The notes under the pieces are model-generated. The model did no database searches and was not told the origin of the DNA. It was given only the letters and a program-made list of their open reading frames with translations. The translations under genes were made by a program, and so were the position numbers. 64,000 bases of DNA from Mytilus trossulus. Taxonomy: Eukaryota. Shown piece after piece: positions 62,101-64,000 of this stretch; position 1 is the stretch's first letter; the number at the start of each line of letters is the position of its first letter. The DNA lies in NCBI RefSeq assembly GCF_036588685.1, contig NC_086379.1:73160001-73224000 (forward strand), in the 5' to 3' direction.

Positions 62101-63411
62101 GGTGGGAAATTATGGCTTGTGTACTTCCGCTCATTACACATATGCAAAAGCTATCATATCAATGCTAAGTAACTTTATAGATTATTACATGGCATTTTCC
62201 ATATGGCCTTGGTATCAGCCCTAGACTCCCATATCAAGCCAGAGGGCTTTAGCCCGAGGGCTTGATATGGGTCGTGGGCTTATACAATGGACCATATGAA
62301 AAATGACATGTAATAATATATTTATCACATATTTTTAACAAATAGCTTACACCAAATTATGTTTGATATTTCATCAAAAATCAAAAAGATATTAAACGAA
62401 AAAAAATGTATGACTGTGAGTTGGCGTCATATATGTTCTAAATACTTTATGACGTCAAAATTTTACGGGAACTTTTGTGCTTTTCACTGTTGATTTCTAC
62501 TTTTTTCTTCTACAGCAGATTTGTTACTTTATAAATTTCTTTTCATTGTGTTCAACTTGTTTACAAAAAGTCTTTGATTGGTAGGTTAACGGAAGTGAAA
62601 CTCGGGGGCTTGATTTTACTAGAATTCATACATGTTGTATATATATATTCTTGGAAGCATTGACGAATCAATAAAATAACAAATATAAAAACACAATGAA
62701 AATAAACGTTTTTTACAACATTTGATTGATGTCGATCTACGATAATTCTTATAATAACAATTCAAATTTAAGATCTCTTATCAATAAAAAGTAAAATCAC
62801 AAAAAGACTGAACTCTGAAGAAAACGCAAAACGGAAAGTCCCTCATCATACAGACAAAATTCAAAAGCAAAAACATTTCAAACGAATGGATGACAACTAT
62901 CATATTCCTAACTTGGTACAGAAATTTTCTTATGTAGAAAAAGATGGATTTAACCTGGTTGTTTAGCTAGCCAAAAATTTCACTTAGATGACAGTCGCAT
63001 CAAATGGCATTATATTGAAAACGATGTGAACAAAACAAATAGACATATAAATTAAAAAAAAATAAAAAAATAGGGGGAAAGTTGTCAACATTGTGTTAAA
63101 ATCTTATTCACTAAACAAAAACAAACAAATTAGTAATAACAACGAAGCACAACAATATCATATAGATCATCTTAAAGTACCTGAACAGCTTGCTCATCTG
63201 CAGACTTGGAATCAGATTCGACAAAATTTAAATCCACTTCATTGTTCTGAAAGCCATTCTGAAGCAATTCCGCTATCAGTTTCTTGTCTTCTGTTGAATT
63301 GATGTGTCCATTTTGAACGTAAACAGGCATCTGTTTACGAAAGTTCAGCCTCTGGAGCACGTGACCTAAATCTGAAATACTGTCCAATAGTATCTGAACC
63401 TGGTTTTTAAC
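48749..63411 (-). CDS. PKD1L2: Polycystin-1-like membrane protein (PKD1L2/PKD1L3/PKDREJ-type); 3' 11 exons, 5' end outside the window
   Basis: Exons 63411-63181, 60967-60511, 59797-59658, 58010-57777, 57168-56980, 56473-56313, 55489-54787, 53250-53121, 51602-51349, 50847-50673 and 50124-48749 have AG/GT boundaries and matching phases, joining into 4050 nt with no internal stop. Motifs: GPS-like CRVWD..WNKTSC..CEC, FYVPPNTIDF, PLAT (VFTGLHRNAGT, IWHDNSG..SWYL, FICDQWL), NHLWLSV..RP..SNFTRIER, RLRQLR, YGGGGY and WIDRKTRAIFTEFTLYN. The symbol is family-level only; orthology was not tested. Confidence 0.93.
50673..50847 (-). CDS. PKD1-like exon: TOP domain (LYTWIDETLIP...RLRQLR)
   Basis: Acceptor gtttacag|, donor AAG|gtacgg; 175 nt, phase 0/1. 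Confidence 0.9.
51349..51602 (-). CDS. PKD1-like exon: first helix of the channel-like domain
   Basis: Acceptor tttttatag|, donor CAG|gttagt; 254 nt, phase 1/0; inside ORF 51301..51807. Confidence 0.9.
53121..53250 (-). CDS. PKD1-like exon (IILLSLVFSWIVKTYKEK...SPFSYLL); missed by the ORF track
   Basis: Acceptor ttgttttag|, donor TAG|gtaaag; 130 nt, phase 0/1. It supplies the phase needed between the flanking exons and continues the helix after DPLK. Confidence 0.85.
54190..54572 (-). mobile_element. Penelope-like subfamily B 3' end (intronic; other copies near 13585-13725, 16360-16510, 46342-46510)
   Basis: agagggacgaaagataccaaagggacagtcaaactc...caaccaactcgtgatggcgtccgtaaa; the last part encodes the RHHELVDRYG-type RT tail on the minus strand. 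Confidence 0.8.
54787..55489 (-). CDS. PKD1-like exon: end of PLAT and membrane segments (YTFICDQWL...LLVDPLK)
   Basis: Acceptor tttgacag|, donor AAA|gtaaga; 703 nt, phase 2/0; inside ORF 54727..55587. Confidence 0.93.
56313..56473 (-). CDS. PKD1-like exon: PLAT core (GFGVGSIRKF...IWHDNSGQGNSASWYLNKI); missed by the ORF track
   Basis: Acceptor attttag|, donor AAG|gtaaat; 161 nt, phase 0/2. Confidence 0.9.
56980..57168 (-). CDS. PKD1-like exon: start of PLAT/LH2 domain
   Basis: Acceptor attacag|TGG, donor CGA|gtgagt; 189 nt; YILTVFTGLHRNAGT motif. Confidence 0.9.
57777..58010 (-). CDS. PKD1-like exon: second half of GPS and TM1 (LSAASTINETVCECTSPPGNSFATTFYVPPNTIDF...QDKKDHER)
   Basis: Acceptor gttattaag|, donor AGG|gtaatg; 234 nt, phase 0/0. 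Confidence 0.9.
59366..59492. repeat. 127-nt imperfect palindrome (intronic)
   Basis: agaataataggtagttgagtttttgatactga...tcagtatcaaaaactcaactacctattgttct. Confidence 0.85.
59658..59797 (-). CDS. PKD1-like exon with RRRRS site and first half of GPS (CRVWDTVKQKWNKTSCQ); missed by the ORF track
   Basis: Acceptor ttttataacag|, donor CAG|gtataa; 140 nt, phase 1/0; C-x-x-W...W...C GPS pattern. Confidence 0.88.
59875..60235. repeat. Dispersed repeat family D (also 39330-39555 and 34325-34362)
   Basis: Shared aattgagaatggaaa.ggggaa...tactagttcagtg...cctgactt. Confidence 0.65.
60511..60967 (-). CDS. PKD1-like exon (GAIN region), VTLYDHTPFSWD...VYVGVLVQK
   Basis: Acceptor tctttaaag|, donor AAG|gtatat; 457 nt, phase 0/1; overlaps ORF 60488..60895. 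Confidence 0.88.
61340..62335. mobile_element. Fold-back element(s) with three related long palindromes (61355-61492, 61512-61641, 62181-62317)
   Basis: Arms share catgg..tt.catat..gcc..ggtatca.ccc..gac.ccatatc; outer inverted repeat aaatatgtgataaa/tttatcacatattt; small hairpin at about 62075-62101. Confidence 0.7.
62787..63150 (-). mobile_element. Penelope-like subfamily A terminal fragment (intronic)
   Basis: aaaagtaaaatcacaaaaagactgaactc...gacagtcgcatcaaat, collinear with 46075-46330 and 46620-46910. Confidence 0.75.
63181..63411 (-). CDS. PKD1-like exon (extracellular stalk), VKNQVQILLDS...DEQAVQ
   Basis: Acceptor tatgtag|, donor CAG|gtactt; 231 nt, phase 0/0; open frame overlaps ORF 63172..63387. 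Confidence 0.8.
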
Positions 63412-63599
63412 CTACATATAGAAATCATTTGACAAATAACGACAAAATAGAAAAAGAAGATTGGGTAACACATGATGCACCATTAAAACGAGGGTAGAAG
63501 AATGTACAGGAATATCAACGTAATGTCTATCAGGTATACCCATTGTGTTCCAATGACTGACAATTTGAAACTAGAATGATTGACAAACTTGAGACGGCT

Positions 63600-63848
63600 A
63601 CGCCTAATTTTTCACATAAGCAACACGACGGGTGTCCCATGTGGAGCAGGATCTGCTTACCCTTCCGGAGCACCTGAGATCACCCCTAGTTTTTGGTGGG
63701 GTTCGTGTTGTTTATTCTTTAGTTTTCTATGTTGTGTCATGTGTACTATTGTTTTTCTATTTGTCTTTTTCATATTTAGCCATGGTGTTGTCAGTTTGTT
63801 TTAGATTTATGAGTTTGACTGTCCCTTTGGTATCTTTCCTCCCTCTTT
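63600..63848 (+). mobile_element. Penelope-like subfamily B 3' end (intronic)
   Basis: Near-identical reverse complement of 54190-54425; ORFs 54182..54406 and 63632..63865 are the same repeat. Confidence 0.8.
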
Positions 63849-64000
63849 TCAAGTCCGAGTTTTAGAAATAAAGGCAAAATCTTTTTAAATTTTTTAAATT
63901 TTTTTTTATGATTTTAATGTACATTATTGTTTATGTTTTTTCTATCGGATTATTGCAAAAAAAACATTACAGCGCTTTATACCCAAGGTTCCAATAAATA

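Overview
AT-rich, intron-containing eukaryotic DNA with no prokaryotic gene organisation. The repeat repertoire points to a bivalve, probably a Mytilus mussel (inference). Most short ORFs in the track are spurious. (1) The 3' part of a large minus-strand polycystin-1-like (PKD1L2-like) gene: I joined 11 GT-AG exons (63411 to 48749) by hand into one open frame of 4050 nt (1349 aa plus stop). It covers GAIN/GPS, TM1, PLAT, the membrane segments, the TOP domain and the channel domain; the 5' end lies beyond the window. Its GPS lacks the H-L|T/S autoproteolysis motif, but an RRRR|S furin-type site lies just upstream. (2) A hammerhead-ribozyme retrozyme family. One intact 355-nt unit (26536-26890, plus a terminal repeat) starts at its own predicted cleavage site and carries a second, non-canonical hammerhead-like motif on the opposite strand. 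About ten decayed copies or fragments lie among remnants of Penelope-like retroelements, including an RT fragment at about 47455-48165. (3) A probable decayed leucine-rich-repeat (LRR) gene on the minus strand (about 9.8-19.3 kb), partly copied by a 2.78-kb tandem duplication. (4) An older duplication of the PKD 3'-UTR and flank with an internal inversion. (5) Many non-autonomous DNA elements: TTAA-flanked MITEs, Helentron/pearl-type elements, and five long palindromes that share a CTCG-hairpin-CTCG apex. Everything was read by eye, so repeat boundaries are approximate and family names are unverified by search.
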